From positions 338,598 through 402,597 of the forward strand of contig CAWFPL010000007.1 of assembly GCA_963817785.1 (NCBI GenBank): DNA of 64,000 bases, given 5' to 3'. The stretch is from an uncultured Pseudomonadota bacterium. GTDB taxonomy: Bacteria; Pseudomonadota; Gammaproteobacteria; Burkholderiales; SG8-39. Positions 31,685 through 42,120 of the stretch are shown piece by piece. The translations under genes were made by a program, and so were the position numbers. Each line of letters opens with the position of its first letter. Positions within the stretch are counted from its first letter, which is position 1. Under the pieces are notes generated by a model. It was not told where the DNA came from, did no database searches, and saw only the letters and a program-made list of their open reading frames with translations.

Positions 31685-32937
31685 GCGCAATGCCAGGCAA
31701 TCTCGATTCGATCCGTGCCGGCAGAGGGTTGCTTCCGAAGAACCTGCATTGGTTCATCGTCGCAGCCGTGCTCGCCGGTATGGTCGTCGCACTCGCCCTC
31801 AATTCCAACCATCAGGGTGCGACGCAGGCGGCGAAGCGCTCTCAGGCGCGACGCAACGAGGCTGCGGCGCTCGCGAAGCAGGCCCCGGACGTGAACGCAA
31901 TGATCGACGAGGGTGCACAACAGCTCGAGCCGCCGAAGCCCAAGAAGCAGGCGCCAAATCTCACGGTACCGGCCCTCTCGCAGGGCAGGGTCGGCCAAGA
32001 GATCAACGCGGCATCCAACGGGGTGGCCCCTGGCGCCGCTCAAGGGTACGCCCAAGGGGTCCGGGCCACCAGCCCGATTATCGTTCTGAGCGCTGAGGAG
32101 AAGCCGAGCGCTCCGCCGCAGGCCTCGGAACGGAATCTCCTCATGCACCAACTTCTTCAGAAGCCCCAGCCGCCGGCGTTGTCACCAGAGGACAGGCAGG
32201 TCCTTGCCTCCGAGGGGCACGCCAACGCGCCGATGAGGCCCGCGGCGGCACGCGGCACACCAGGCTATCTGGGCCAGGCCGAGCGCAACGAGGCGTGGTA
32301 CAAGCGCGCGGCCGACGCGCAGCGCGATCAATCGCTCGTGCCGATCGGGCTCAATCCGGCGGTTGCGCCTTACACCATCGTCCAGGGTACGCCGATCCCC
32401 GCGGTCATCGTCAGCGGGATCGACAGCGATCTTCCGGGCCGGGTGATCGCGCGAACGACCGAGGACATGTACGACAGCGTGAGCGGGAACACTCTCCTTA
32501 TTCCGGCCGGCTCGCTCGTGTACGGCGAGTACAACAACTCCGTTGTGATGGAGCAGGATAGGCTCGCCGTGGCGTTCAACAGGATCGTGTTTCCGAACGG
32601 CGCGGGCGTGACGTTGGGGGCCATGCCGGGCATCGGCCAGGCCGGCAAGGCGGGTGTGCCGGGAGCGGTCGACAATCACTTCTGGAAGATCTTCGGTTCC
32701 TCGATGCTGATCGCCGGGGTCACGGCGCTCGTCGAGCCGCGCAACGTCACCAACAACATCTACCTCTCCGGGGGCTCCAGCCCAGACGCCGCGGGGCAGT
32801 CGCTCGTCGACATCACGCGCCAGATCGAGCAACGGAACACACTCATCCCGCCAACCGTGGAAGTCGCCGCTGGGCAGCGGTTCAACATCATCGTGCAACG
32901 GGATCTGACGCTTGCGCCGTACGGGGGCTCGAGATGA
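31681..32937 (+). CDS. virB10: T4SS protein VirB10/TrbI
   Basis: TM helix, Pro-rich linker, and conserved C-terminus IPAVIVSGIDSDLPG...LIPAGS...RLAVAFNRIVFPNG. Confidence 0.85.
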   Translation: MSAMPGNLDSIRAGRGLLPKNLHWFIVAAVLAGMVVALALNSNHQGATQAAKRSQARRNEAAALAKQAPDVNAMIDEGAQQLEPPKPKKQAPNLTVPALSQGRVGQEINAASNGVAPGAAQGYAQGVRATSPIIVLSAEEKPSAPPQASERNLLMHQLLQKPQPPALSPEDRQVLASEGHANAPMRPAAARGTPGYLGQAERNEAWYKRAADAQRDQSLVPIGLNPAVAPYTIVQGTPIPAVIVSGIDSDLPGRVIARTTEDMYDSVSGNTLLIPAGSLVYGEYNNSVVMEQDRLAVAFNRIVFPNGAGVTLGAMPGIGQAGKAGVPGAVDNHFWKIFGSSMLIAGVTALVEPRNVTNNIYLSGGSSPDAAGQSLVDITRQIEQRNTLIPPTVEVAAGQRFNIIVQRDLTLAPYGGSR

Positions 32938-33506
32938 TGCTGTCCGCGGTTTACCTCAGCGCCTATTACGCGGCGTGCGCGCCGCAAATCGGGCGCTCGA
33001 CGATCGCGGCGATCGTGCAGGTGGAGTCGGGCGGTGATCCATGGGCGATCAACGACAACACGGACAAGCGTCGTTGGCAGGCTCGGAGCTATGCGGAGGC
33101 CGTGGCGATCGCGCAAACGCTGGTTCGTCTCGGGCACAGCGTCGATATGGGCCTTGCCCAGGTCAATAGCCGCAACCTCGCGCACGTGGGCATGAGCGTG
33201 AGTGAAGTGTTCGAGCCATGCCGAAACCTGAGAGCCGCTGCACGGATTCTCGAGGACTGCTACATGCCGGCCGCGAACAGGTTCGGGCCCGGCCAGCGCG
33301 CGCTCGTGCACGCGCTCAGTTGCTACAACACGGGAAGCCTGTACGCCGGGAAGGGCTACGTTGGCCAAGTACTCGCGGCGGCGGGCGCCGCTCCCGTGCT
33401 GCGCAAACTCGCGCACGCGGAGCTGCGCGGCGCCACGCCGCGAGCGTGGATCTCTCGAGAGCCCGTTGTGCGCTGGAAGATGAAGAGGGATTGGAGGGTG
33501 TTCTGA
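32934..33506 (+). CDS. virB1: lytic transglycosylase (VirB1-like)
   Basis: SLT catalytic motif AIVQVESGGDPWAINDN. Confidence 0.8.
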   Translation: MMLSAVYLSAYYAACAPQIGRSTIAAIVQVESGGDPWAINDNTDKRRWQARSYAEAVAIAQTLVRLGHSVDMGLAQVNSRNLAHVGMSVSEVFEPCRNLRAAARILEDCYMPAANRFGPGQRALVHALSCYNTGSLYAGKGYVGQVLAAAGAAPVLRKLAHAELRGATPRAWISREPVVRWKMKRDWRVF

Positions 33507-34321
33507 TGGCTGAGTTACGGGAGCAGAGGAAAGCAATCGAACCCCCCGCGGCGAATGACGCCAACACCGCGACCCAGAAGGCACACGCGCGGGCGGAGCC
33601 GAGCGCACCCGATTCGCGTCGACGGCGCCTGATGTGGTTCGTGATGGGGAGCGCCGTCGCCGTCGCGCTTTTCATGACGGTCGCCGGACGCGTGATGAAG
33701 GGGCATCGGAGCCCGGCCGCGAGTGACCTTGACATGGCGCCGGCGGCGTTACCCGCACCCGGCGATCAAGAGCTACCGGGCCTCGCGCAGGGGCAGCCGA
33801 ACACCGGAGCGCACGCGAGTACGCGAGAAGCCCCACAGCCTAGTCCGGGGCTGCACGGCGCGAGTGCCCCGGCGCTGAATCAGGCGTACGACATGGGGCA
33901 GCTCCCCGCGAACGTGCCGGCAGGGGCAAGCACGCCGCCTGCGCCCGCTCGGCTTCAAAGCCTGCCCGGCCTAGGGCAGGTGCTTGGCTTGCCGGCGCCG
34001 GCCGGCCCCGCCACGCCGTCGAACGCGAAGGCTGCACTCGCCGCGGGGGCAGGGGGGCAGCAGCGTAGCGCTTCGCCCCCCAAAGCCGCTGCCAAGAGTG
34101 GCGCCACGGGCACAAGCGGCGCCGTGCGCGCGGGTGAGTACAACGCCCGAGCGAGACCCGCGCCGAAGGGTGAGGCAGAGGCAGACAAGCACCGCGTGCC
34201 CAAGGCACACGCGAGGCCAAGAATCAGACGTGTCGCTACGGCGCTGCGGCGGCATATCGATCGGAGCTCGCGCGGCAACCCCGTGACCAAGTTAGAGAGC
34301 ATCGGGATCAGCGAGGAGTAA
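33506..34321 (+). CDS. membrane-anchored Pro/Ala-rich protein
   Basis: ATG at M97 of the track ORF, overlapping the virB1 stop. One TM helix, then a low-complexity P/A/G-rich region. Confidence 0.45.
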   Translation: MAELREQRKAIEPPAANDANTATQKAHARAEPSAPDSRRRRLMWFVMGSAVAVALFMTVAGRVMKGHRSPAASDLDMAPAALPAPGDQELPGLAQGQPNTGAHASTREAPQPSPGLHGASAPALNQAYDMGQLPANVPAGASTPPAPARLQSLPGLGQVLGLPAPAGPATPSNAKAALAAGAGGQQRSASPPKAAAKSGATGTSGAVRAGEYNARARPAPKGEAEADKHRVPKAHARPRIRRVATALRRHIDRSSRGNPVTKLESIGISEE

Positions 34322-34326
34322 CGCAC

Positions 34327-35079
34327 ATGGCAGAGCAAAGCTACGCCTATGCAAAGCGGGCCGCGAAGGCCCTGATGGTGCTGCGAGGGCTTTCGATTCG
34401 GGGGGTGAGCGCGTCGACCGGGATCGGCGAACCCGTGCTCACGTGGTTTCGGGGCAACCGGGCAGACGCGGCGCTCTCGGAGGACTCGTTTGAAGGGTTC
34501 TTCGCGCACCTGGGCGTGGTCGCGACCGAGGAAGGGGCGCGGCTCGCGCCGACCCGGGTGCACTACCTGCACCTCAACGCGGGCATTTTCCGGCGCCACG
34601 TGGGGCTGTTTCGCCTGCTCGTGCCGCTCATGGACGGGTCGAAGGCACGGGTGCTACCCAAGCACCGCAAGTGCGTGCCGGTCCTCGTGAAGGGCAAAAG
34701 CGTGCGGCTTGTCCCGCTCGTGAAGGGCGGTGTGTTCGGCGCAGTCCTGCTCGCGAAGTTTGGCCTCACGCCTGCGGCGCCATCCGATGATCAAACGCGC
34801 TCGCCGCTACCTGCGTACTGCCTCGAGCTACTGCTCACTGCTCAGGCGAAGCGGCGCTACTTCGATCTGATTTGCAACGGCAAGACGCAGCACGAATCGG
34901 TCGAACTGCTTCGCATGGCGGCCCTTGAGCGCGACATTACGCTCACCGAAATCCTGGGCGCGGTGCTGCGGGGAAGGCGCGCCGATTCGGCGGACGATGG
35001 CGCGGGCTGCAGCCTGGACGCCCAACCGAGGCTTCTGCGCCTCGTGCCGGCTCATTTCGACGAGCGGGTGGCGGCATGA
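34327..35079 (+). CDS. hypothetical protein with possible N-terminal HTH
   Basis: 250-aa ORF within the T4SS operon. LRGLSIRGVSASTGIGEPVLTWFRGN looks HTH-like. Confidence 0.45.
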   Translation: MAEQSYAYAKRAAKALMVLRGLSIRGVSASTGIGEPVLTWFRGNRADAALSEDSFEGFFAHLGVVATEEGARLAPTRVHYLHLNAGIFRRHVGLFRLLVPLMDGSKARVLPKHRKCVPVLVKGKSVRLVPLVKGGVFGAVLLAKFGLTPAAPSDDQTRSPLPAYCLELLLTAQAKRRYFDLICNGKTQHESVELLRMAALERDITLTEILGAVLRGRRADSADDGAGCSLDAQPRLLRLVPAHFDERVAA

Positions 35080-35912
35080 AGGCAAATCGGCACCTGCGGC
35101 TCTGGGTGGCGCTCGCCGTGCTCGCCGCGCTTACGGATTGCGCCGGCGGGGGCCTGGAATCGGCTCCGGCGGGCTCGGCCGTCCAGGGCTACGACTTCAG
35201 CTACCAGATCCACGGTGGCGATACTGTGGGCCTAGTGCAGGTCTTCGACGATGGGAGCCGCACGTACTTCCAGTTCCGAGGGCTCGATCTGGCGCATGTG
35301 CCGGTGATCTGGGCCGAGCAGTCCGAGGCGCAGAAACGCGCGTTGCCGATCGAGGCGACGAGCCCGTATCTCGTGGTCCACGAGCTTGCGCGCAAGTTCG
35401 TTGTGGCCAGCGGCAAGCACAAGGCCTCGGTGGTCATGGTGGACTGGCAAGCGCGCGGGCTGAAGACGCAAGCACTGAGGCATGCGCAGGTGGCCACGCG
35501 CCCCGAAACCGCAACCCCGGCCCGACCTGCCGGAGAGCCTCTACGCGCTTCCGTGGACTGCGATCGCTCGGTCGCGTTCGGTCGCGCGAAAACCATCGAC
35601 GTGCCGTTCGTCTCGGGCGCAACCGAGCCCACCCGCCAGGCGCAAGCCGACCTCGTGGCAATCGCCAAACGCCTTGCCGAGAATGGGCCGCTCACCATCC
35701 GTGGGCGCCCCTCCCCGGGCGGGGGCGTCATGCAGGCCCGCTCGCGCGCGGAAAGCATCAAGGCGATACTTCTCGAGGCCGGAGTGCCCGCTTCGCACAT
35801 CCAGGTCGAGGTGTCGGGTACGCCCAAGACCGGCCGGGTCGAAGGGCTGTTCTTCTCCGAGATCGAATACGGCGCCCCCTCGAGCGGTTTCGTGGTGCTC
35901 GATGGGTGCTAA
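35076..35912 (+). CDS. lipoprotein with OmpA-like C-terminal region (VirB7/TrbH-position protein)
   Basis: Lipobox ALTDC. VQVFDDGSRTYFQF resembles the VirB9/CagX N-terminal strand. The C-terminus resembles OmpA-type peptidoglycan-binding domains. Confidence 0.5.
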   Translation: MKANRHLRLWVALAVLAALTDCAGGGLESAPAGSAVQGYDFSYQIHGGDTVGLVQVFDDGSRTYFQFRGLDLAHVPVIWAEQSEAQKRALPIEATSPYLVVHELARKFVVASGKHKASVVMVDWQARGLKTQALRHAQVATRPETATPARPAGEPLRASVDCDRSVAFGRAKTIDVPFVSGATEPTRQAQADLVAIAKRLAENGPLTIRGRPSPGGGVMQARSRAESIKAILLEAGVPASHIQVEVSGTPKTGRVEGLFFSEIEYGAPSSGFVVLDGC

Positions 35913-35923
35913 GGCGGCGCGCG

Positions 35924-36349
35924 CTACGCAATGATCCGAAGCGCCGTCACTTTCGAGAAATCCCGATCATGCGTCACCAGGGCATCGGCGTTGATGGCGA
36001 TGGCGCTCGCCACCTGCACGGCATCGGGGAGCCTCAGTTTCAGGCTCGCGCGCAGCCGCGCGGCACTTTCCGCGATGTCCGCCGACAACTCGACGACCTG
36101 CCAGGATTCGAGCACCGCCCGATAGCGCTTGAGGAGCGCCTCGTCGCCGGCATTGAGCGGTCCGGTGAGGACTTCCGCGATCGTGATGGTGGTGACGGCG
36201 AACGCGATTTCACCTTTCGCGTGCCGCTCGAAGAGCGGCTGGTAGCGCCGCGCGAGTCTGGGGTGGCCTTCGAGCACGTAGATGATGGGCGCGCTATCAA
36301 CGAGCAGAAGCGCCCCGTTAGGCAGCGCGCCCGCCTCTAGCGGCTCCAT
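35924..36349 (-). CDS. vapC: PIN-domain toxin VapC
   Basis: LLVDSAPIIY...IAEVL...PDAVQVASAI...LVTHDRDF carries the acidic PIN residues. Confidence 0.75.
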   Translation of the reverse strand: MEPLEAGALPNGALLLVDSAPIIYVLEGHPRLARRYQPLFERHAKGEIAFAVTTITIAEVLTGPLNAGDEALLKRYRAVLESWQVVELSADIAESAARLRASLKLRLPDAVQVASAIAINADALVTHDRDFSKVTALRIIA

Positions 36350-36588
36350 TCCTCGCGTAGCCGCCGTACGGTGCGTGTGCTGTCCCGGCCCCACATCCCC
36401 TTGCCTGACCCGGCCAACGCGGTCAGCGCCTTTTGGCGGGTGCTGGTCACGCTCTTCACAGGTACCAAGGCGGCAATTGAACGCCCGTGGCGTGTGATGA
36501 TGGTCGCGCGGCCCTGTTCGGCATCGGCAAGCAGGGCCGGCAGCTGGTTCCGCGCCTGTTCGGCGCCTTTACGTTGGAGTTTGACCAT
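36337..36588 (-). CDS. vapB: Phd/YefM-type antitoxin
   Basis: ARNQLPALLADAEQGRATIITRHGRSIAALVP is the typical antitoxin N-terminus. Overlaps the vapC start. Confidence 0.7.
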   Translation of the reverse strand: MVKLQRKGAEQARNQLPALLADAEQGRATIITRHGRSIAALVPVKSVTSTRQKALTALAGSGKGMWGRDSTRTVRRLREEWSR

Positions 36589-36821
36589 TCCAAAACTGTA
36601 CGGGCTGTACGGTCGGAAGTCAAGCGCGGTACATGGCTGGAAATTCTTGCCTTGGCTTCCATCGAGGCTCGCTTGAACGCTTACCACTGAGCGAGCCGCA
36701 CCTCCTCCCGAGTAGGCGAGACCACGGCACCGGCGTTACCGCCTAGGCCCGCCGGGAATGATGCGGAAAAACCCCCAGCATTCGACAACGTGGCCTGAGC
36801 GCGCCTGCCTAGACTTTCCGG

Positions 36822-37805
36822 ATGGACCGCGCCACCAAAGAACACGCCATCGGGATGCTTTCGGACATCCTGAAGCCGATCGCCCCATACCTGGGCTCGG
36901 CCGAGGTGCAGGAGATCATGGTGAACGGCCCGAATGAAGTCTGGATCGAGGAGCGCGGTCAGACGCGAAAGCTCGAGGTGCAACTCGATCACATTGCGAT
37001 CGCGAGCGCGATCGCGATGCTCGCGCGCATCGTCGGGAAAATCGCCGATACCGAGGGGGCCGGCGCGCTCATCGACGCGAGACTGGATGGCCTGCGCTTC
37101 GCCGCGGCGCTGGAATCGGTCTCGACCAAGGGGCCCTCGCTTTGCATCCGGCGCCACAGCCAGGTCCTGCTCACGCTCGAAGAGTACGTGGACATGGGAG
37201 CGCTCGATGAGGTCCGGGCACACGTCATCCGCGAAGCGGTCGAGAAGCGACGAAACCTTCTCGTTTCGGGCGGAACGAGCTCGGGCAAGACGACGGCGCT
37301 CAACGCGATGATCGCCCTGATCGGAGCAGACGAACGTGTCGTGTCGATCGAGGACACGCGAGAGCTCCGGGTCGAGGCACCCAACTGGGTGCCATTCGAG
37401 GCGAACGAAACCGCCGGGATCTCGATTCGACACCTGGTGCGCCACGCGCTGCGGTACCGGCCCGACCGCATCATCGTCGGCGAGGTCCGAGGGCCCGAGG
37501 CGTTCGACCTCATGCAGGCGATGAACACGGGCCACGACGGCGGCATGGCGACGATCCACGCCAACAGCGCGCGCGACGCACTCGCGCGTCTCGAAGGGCT
37601 CGTGTTGACCACGCCCGACGTGGACTGGCCGCTTGATGCCATTCGAGACCAGATTGGCCGCACGTTCGACTACGTCATCCATATGGAGCGCGGCAAGTTC
37701 GAGGGCAGGGCCGTGCGGCGCTTCGCGGAAATCGTACGCGTTGAGCGCTACGACCGCGATCGACATGACTACTGTTACACCGTCCTGAAGGAGGACACCC
37801 CATGA
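36822..37805 (+). CDS. virB11: T4SS ATPase VirB11
   Basis: Walker A LVSGGTSSGKTT, IVGEVRG, HDGGMATIHAN. Confidence 0.9.
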   Translation: MDRATKEHAIGMLSDILKPIAPYLGSAEVQEIMVNGPNEVWIEERGQTRKLEVQLDHIAIASAIAMLARIVGKIADTEGAGALIDARLDGLRFAAALESVSTKGPSLCIRRHSQVLLTLEEYVDMGALDEVRAHVIREAVEKRRNLLVSGGTSSGKTTALNAMIALIGADERVVSIEDTRELRVEAPNWVPFEANETAGISIRHLVRHALRYRPDRIIVGEVRGPEAFDLMQAMNTGHDGGMATIHANSARDALARLEGLVLTTPDVDWPLDAIRDQIGRTFDYVIHMERGKFEGRAVRRFAEIVRVERYDRDRHDYCYTVLKEDTP

Positions 37806-38149
37806 AACATCGCTTCTGTAGCAAAACCGTCGCGTGGCTCCACGTGGCGGCCCGGCACTTGCCGGTCATGCTGCTCATGTTCGTATGCGCGGACGCATAC
37901 GCGCAGGTGGCGGGCTCGGGCTGGCTTTCGGGCCTCGCCGGCATCGCCTGCAATCTGCAGCAGGCGGCGCGCTATTTCGCGCTCGCCGGCATCATCATGT
38001 TCGGGATTCTCGTCATGAAGATGGAAATCAAGGGCTGGATCCACGACCTGATGCTGCTGCTGTTCGGGATTTCGATCATCGTGTTTGCGAGCTCGTTCCT
38101 CCAGGGAATCTTCCCGAGCGCCGGGTTCTCGAGCATCAGCTGCGCTTGA
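37802..38149 (+). CDS. virB2: T4SS pilin VirB2/TrbC-like
   Basis: Long signal sequence ending ADAYAQ, then two hydrophobic helices. ATGA overlap with virB11. Confidence 0.65.
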   Translation: MKHRFCSKTVAWLHVAARHLPVMLLMFVCADAYAQVAGSGWLSGLAGIACNLQQAARYFALAGIIMFGILVMKMEIKGWIHDLMLLLFGISIIVFASSFLQGIFPSAGFSSISCA

Positions 38150-38268
38150 CGCGGTCACGCATCTACGCCGGTGTGAGCGGTGCTCGATCTCTCCCGACGC
38201 GGGGCTCGCCCGCTCGGGCGCCGGCGCTTGTGGTCTAAGCCGTTCGCTGCGCGTGAGTCTTTGAAACC

Positions 38269-38589
38269 ATGGAAACAGAGCCGCGTATCAGCCCGCTTCA
38301 CTATTCGCTGATGGAATCGGTGCCCACCTTCGCCGGCGCCGAGAAGAGCTTCGCGATTGTCAACATCTCCTTCACCGCCGCAATGGTCATGGCCGCGCAG
38401 GCCTGGCAGTTCGTGCTGCCTGGGCTCATCGCGCACGCGTTGCTCGCGTGGCTCACGAAGCGCGATCCGCTCATGCGGGTGATCTACTTCCGCTACGTGC
38501 GCCAAGGCGCTCGCTACGACCCCTGGCCGCGCGAACGGCAAAAGCTGAATGCTCGACCGAAGGGGTTTTGCCGGGGAGCGCCATGCTGA
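38269..38589 (+). CDS. virB3: T4SS protein VirB3
   Basis: 106-aa membrane protein. Its stop overlaps the virB4 start. Confidence 0.65.
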   Translation: METEPRISPLHYSLMESVPTFAGAEKSFAIVNISFTAAMVMAAQAWQFVLPGLIAHALLAWLTKRDPLMRVIYFRYVRQGARYDPWPRERQKLNARPKGFCRGAPC

Positions 38590-41105
38590 ATCTCAAGAAA
38601 AAAGCCGATGAGTTCCTGAATGCTGCGCGCGGCTACTCCGAGCTCATCCCGTGGATGCTTCAGGTCACCCCGGGGCTCGTGCTCAACAAGGACGGATCGC
38701 TCCTCGCGTGCTACGCGCTCGAGGGGCTGGATGCAGCCGACGCAAGCACCGACGCGATCGAGCAGGCCGTCAACACCATGGAGAACGCGCTGCGCGTGTT
38801 CGACGAGCGCATCACCTTGTGGTGGACCGTGGATCGGCGTCGCACGCGCGAGTACCCGGGCGGTGCGTTTCCCGATGACGTGAGCGCGTTCGTCGACCAA
38901 CAGTGGTCCCAGCGGTTCGTGGACGGAAGCTATTTTCGGAACAACCACTGGTTCGCGGTCCTTTACACGCCGCCCGGCGGGGTTGAGGGCTTCATGGGAC
39001 GTATCGGCCAGTTTGTACACGCCGGGCAGGGCACGCTCGATGCGATCGTATCGGCGGCGAAGACCTACCTCAGCATGGAATCGGCCTTTCACTTCGACAA
39101 CGCGAAGATCCAGGCAGAGATCGAGCGGTTCGAGGAAATGCTGGGCTCGTTCGAGCAATCGACGCGGGGCCTGTACCTGCGGCGAGTCTTCGGCCCGGAG
39201 GCACTGCGCCTGTTGCACGACCGCGCTAGCCCGGCGAGCTCGGGGCAGCCGGTCGCCGAGCCCAACGTCACCGAGTTTCTCGATTCGTGGATCGCGGACA
39301 ACACGCTGCGGGTGGGCTCGGATACGCTCGTGTTCGAAGGCAACGCGCCGGTGTTCGCGGCAGCCGCGACCGTGAAATCCTGGCCCCGATTCACCTCGCC
39401 GGGATTGCTCGACGCGCTGCTGGCACTGCCCGCCGAGATCACGCTTTCGCTTTGCTTTCGCTACGTCGAGATGCAAGCCGCTAAGAAGTACATCGAGGAA
39501 GTGCGCAAGAACAATCTCAACAGCGCCAAATCGATGCTCACGTACCTGCAGGAAGCGCTCTCGGGCAAGCCCTCGGATAAGGTGGACGCGGGCAAGATGG
39601 CTGCGGCGCAGGACGCCAACGACGCGCTCCTATCGATTACCGCGCAGAAGCGCTTCTTCGGCTACTTCAACATGACGGTGATCGCCTTTGGGGCGAGCCC
39701 CGAGCAGACGGAGGAGGGCATGCGCCTGGTCGCCCAGGCGATCAACAACCTCGGCTTTCTCACGCTGCGAGAGCGCCTCCACTTGCTCTCGGCATGGGCA
39801 GGAACGCTCCCAGGGCAGTGGGGCGAGCTCGTGCGTTGGTTCTTCCTATCGTCTGCGAACCTCTCGGACCTGGCGCCGATCCGCACGATCGCGATGGGCG
39901 AGGCGCAAAACGAGTACCTCTCGGAGCAGACCGGCCGGCCGTGCCCGGCGCTCACGGCGCTGCCTACCGAGTGGGGGGTACCGTTCTTTTTCAATCTGCA
40001 CCAAGGCGACCGGGCGCACACGCTGGTGATCGGCCCCACGCGCTCCGGCAAGTCGGTGTTCATGAACTTCCTCATCACGCAGTTCAGGAAGTATTACCCC
40101 TGCCGCGCGTTCATCTTCGACAAGGACTATTCCTGCCGGATCCCGTCGCTACTCATGGGTGGCTCGCACATCGACATGTCGGGCGACGATACGCGGGTGC
40201 GGGTGAACCCGCTCTCGCTCCTTGCCGATCGCGACGCGTGGCTGTGGGTCGCGAAGTGGCTCGAGCTGCTGCTCGCCGGGCGCGGGCGGCCGCTCTCGGC
40301 CGCGGACTCGGAGGTGATCTGGGAGGCGGTCGAGCGGACAGCCAGCATGCCGCCGGCGCAGTGGCGGTTGCTCTCGCTCGCGCAGTTTCTCGGGTCTCGC
40401 TCGAAGGACCTGGGCAAGGAGATCGAGGAGTGGGTCGGGCACGGTGCGCGCTCGCGCTACTTCGACCACGTGGAGGATGACTTCCAGCTTGCCGACCTCG
40501 CCTGTATCGAGGTCGGCAAGCTCTTCGAGGATACGCTCATTGCGCCCCTGTTTCTCGAATACGCTTTCCAGCGAGTGGGCATGACGCTCGACGGCACGCC
40601 CACGCTCATCTATGTGGAGGAGTGCTGGTACATGCTGATGTACGAGCGCTTTGCGGCGCGGCTGGACGACTGGCTGCGCACGCTCGGCAAGAAAAACGCG
40701 TTCGTGGTGCTCACCACGCAGGGACTCTCCGAACTCGCCAAGTCGCAGTATTTCGGCACGATCCTGGATAACGTCGCGAACACGATCTTTCTGCCGAACG
40801 CCAAGGCCTTCGCGCACGAGGCGCTGTACGTAGAGAAATTCGGGCTCAACACCGAGCAACTAGAGCGCATCCGGGACGCCGTGCCGAAGATGAACTACTA
40901 CATCGTCACGCCATCGATGGCGAGGATGGCCGTGGTGAGTCTGCCGCCGATGGTGCTCGCGTGCGTCCGAAGCGATTCCAGGGCGCAGAAGCTCTTCCTG
41001 AAGCACTACGCCACGCGGGGCGAGTGCGATGACTGGCGGGAACGCTATCTCAACGAGGCGGCGATAGGAAGGACCGAAAGCGCGGTGCCCGAGGTCGCGC
41101 CGTAA
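38583..41105 (+). CDS. virB4: T4SS ATPase VirB4
   Basis: Start at M46 of the track ORF. Walker A GPTRSGKS, Walker B LIYVEECW, 840 aa. Confidence 0.9.
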   Translation: MLNLKKKADEFLNAARGYSELIPWMLQVTPGLVLNKDGSLLACYALEGLDAADASTDAIEQAVNTMENALRVFDERITLWWTVDRRRTREYPGGAFPDDVSAFVDQQWSQRFVDGSYFRNNHWFAVLYTPPGGVEGFMGRIGQFVHAGQGTLDAIVSAAKTYLSMESAFHFDNAKIQAEIERFEEMLGSFEQSTRGLYLRRVFGPEALRLLHDRASPASSGQPVAEPNVTEFLDSWIADNTLRVGSDTLVFEGNAPVFAAAATVKSWPRFTSPGLLDALLALPAEITLSLCFRYVEMQAAKKYIEEVRKNNLNSAKSMLTYLQEALSGKPSDKVDAGKMAAAQDANDALLSITAQKRFFGYFNMTVIAFGASPEQTEEGMRLVAQAINNLGFLTLRERLHLLSAWAGTLPGQWGELVRWFFLSSANLSDLAPIRTIAMGEAQNEYLSEQTGRPCPALTALPTEWGVPFFFNLHQGDRAHTLVIGPTRSGKSVFMNFLITQFRKYYPCRAFIFDKDYSCRIPSLLMGGSHIDMSGDDTRVRVNPLSLLADRDAWLWVAKWLELLLAGRGRPLSAADSEVIWEAVERTASMPPAQWRLLSLAQFLGSRSKDLGKEIEEWVGHGARSRYFDHVEDDFQLADLACIEVGKLFEDTLIAPLFLEYAFQRVGMTLDGTPTLIYVEECWYMLMYERFAARLDDWLRTLGKKNAFVVLTTQGLSELAKSQYFGTILDNVANTIFLPNAKAFAHEALYVEKFGLNTEQLERIRDAVPKMNYYIVTPSMARMAVVSLPPMVLACVRSDSRAQKLFLKHYATRGECDDWRERYLNEAAIGRTESAVPEVAP

Positions 41106-41261
41106 AGTGATTTGACGAAATCATTTTACCGTGGCGCCGACTAAGACCCTGCAACCGACAATGAAGTTAGGGCGAATCGTGGCGCATTGGTGTCGCGTTT
41201 TGCTAAAAGACAGCCTTACCGCGCACGTACGATCAAAGACCCGTCGCAATGGAGGCAGCAC

Positions 41262-42101
41262 ATGGAACGGGCCGCAAAAGCCACTGTCGCCCGAGCGCGC
41301 GCCATGGTAGGAGTGGCCGCACTCGCGTTGGGCCTCCTTTACGTCGTGCCGGCGATCGCCCAATGGGCGGTGTTCGACGCCTCGAACTTCGCCAAAAACG
41401 CGCTCACCGCGGCGAAGTCCGCCGATGCCTACGCCCAGCAGATCGAGCAGTACAAGCTCCAAGGGCTGCAGTATCTGCTGCAGGTGCAGAATCTGCAGAC
41501 CGCCCCCTCGACGGTCTTCGACACCACGTTCGGGCGCGAGGCGCTGCAGATCGCCGGTCCAAACGCCAACGCCGCGGCGCTCGCCCAAGCGGGGGTGCAT
41601 CTGCTGAGCGTGTATTCCAGCACCCAGCAGTTGATGAACCAGGGGAATAGTCTCTATTCACAGGCGGCCGACTGGGGCTGGACACTGCAGAAATTCAGCG
41701 CTGCAAGCGGGATGACGCCGCAACAGATTTTTCAATACGAGCAGAGCCGCGGACAAGCACTGCAGGGCGCGAGCCAACTGCAATATCAACAGGGCGAGCA
41801 GCTCCAGCAGGACCTGCAGGCCTACCAGCAGCAGGCGGACGATGGCCTGCGAACTGCCCAGGGCGCTCAAGGAGCGGTGCAGGCCCTGCAGGGAATCGCG
41901 TTGCAGAACCACACCTTGACGGAGCAGCTCTCAGATTTGTCGGCGGCCGCGGCGACCAGGGACAAAGCCCAGGCCGTGCACGATGCGCAGGAGGCGCAGG
42001 ATAAACAGGAACAGGCCGAGCTCTACAACGAAGCGCAGAAGCGTATGCAGAGCTACTACGACAGCGCCGGAGTGGGTAATGGCATCCAGATCTCGCCGTG
42101 A
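41262..42101 (+). CDS. virB5: VirB5/TrbJ-like minor pilus protein
   Basis: ATG after GGAGG. Signal peptide, then AQWAVFDASNFAKNALTAAK, as in TrbJ. Q-rich helical body. Confidence 0.6.
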   Translation: MERAAKATVARARAMVGVAALALGLLYVVPAIAQWAVFDASNFAKNALTAAKSADAYAQQIEQYKLQGLQYLLQVQNLQTAPSTVFDTTFGREALQIAGPNANAAALAQAGVHLLSVYSSTQQLMNQGNSLYSQAADWGWTLQKFSAASGMTPQQIFQYEQSRGQALQGASQLQYQQGEQLQQDLQAYQQQADDGLRTAQGAQGAVQALQGIALQNHTLTEQLSDLSAAAATRDKAQAVHDAQEAQDKQEQAELYNEAQKRMQSYYDSAGVGNGIQISP

Positions 42102-42120
42102 CGCCTTGGGGTCTCCTGCG

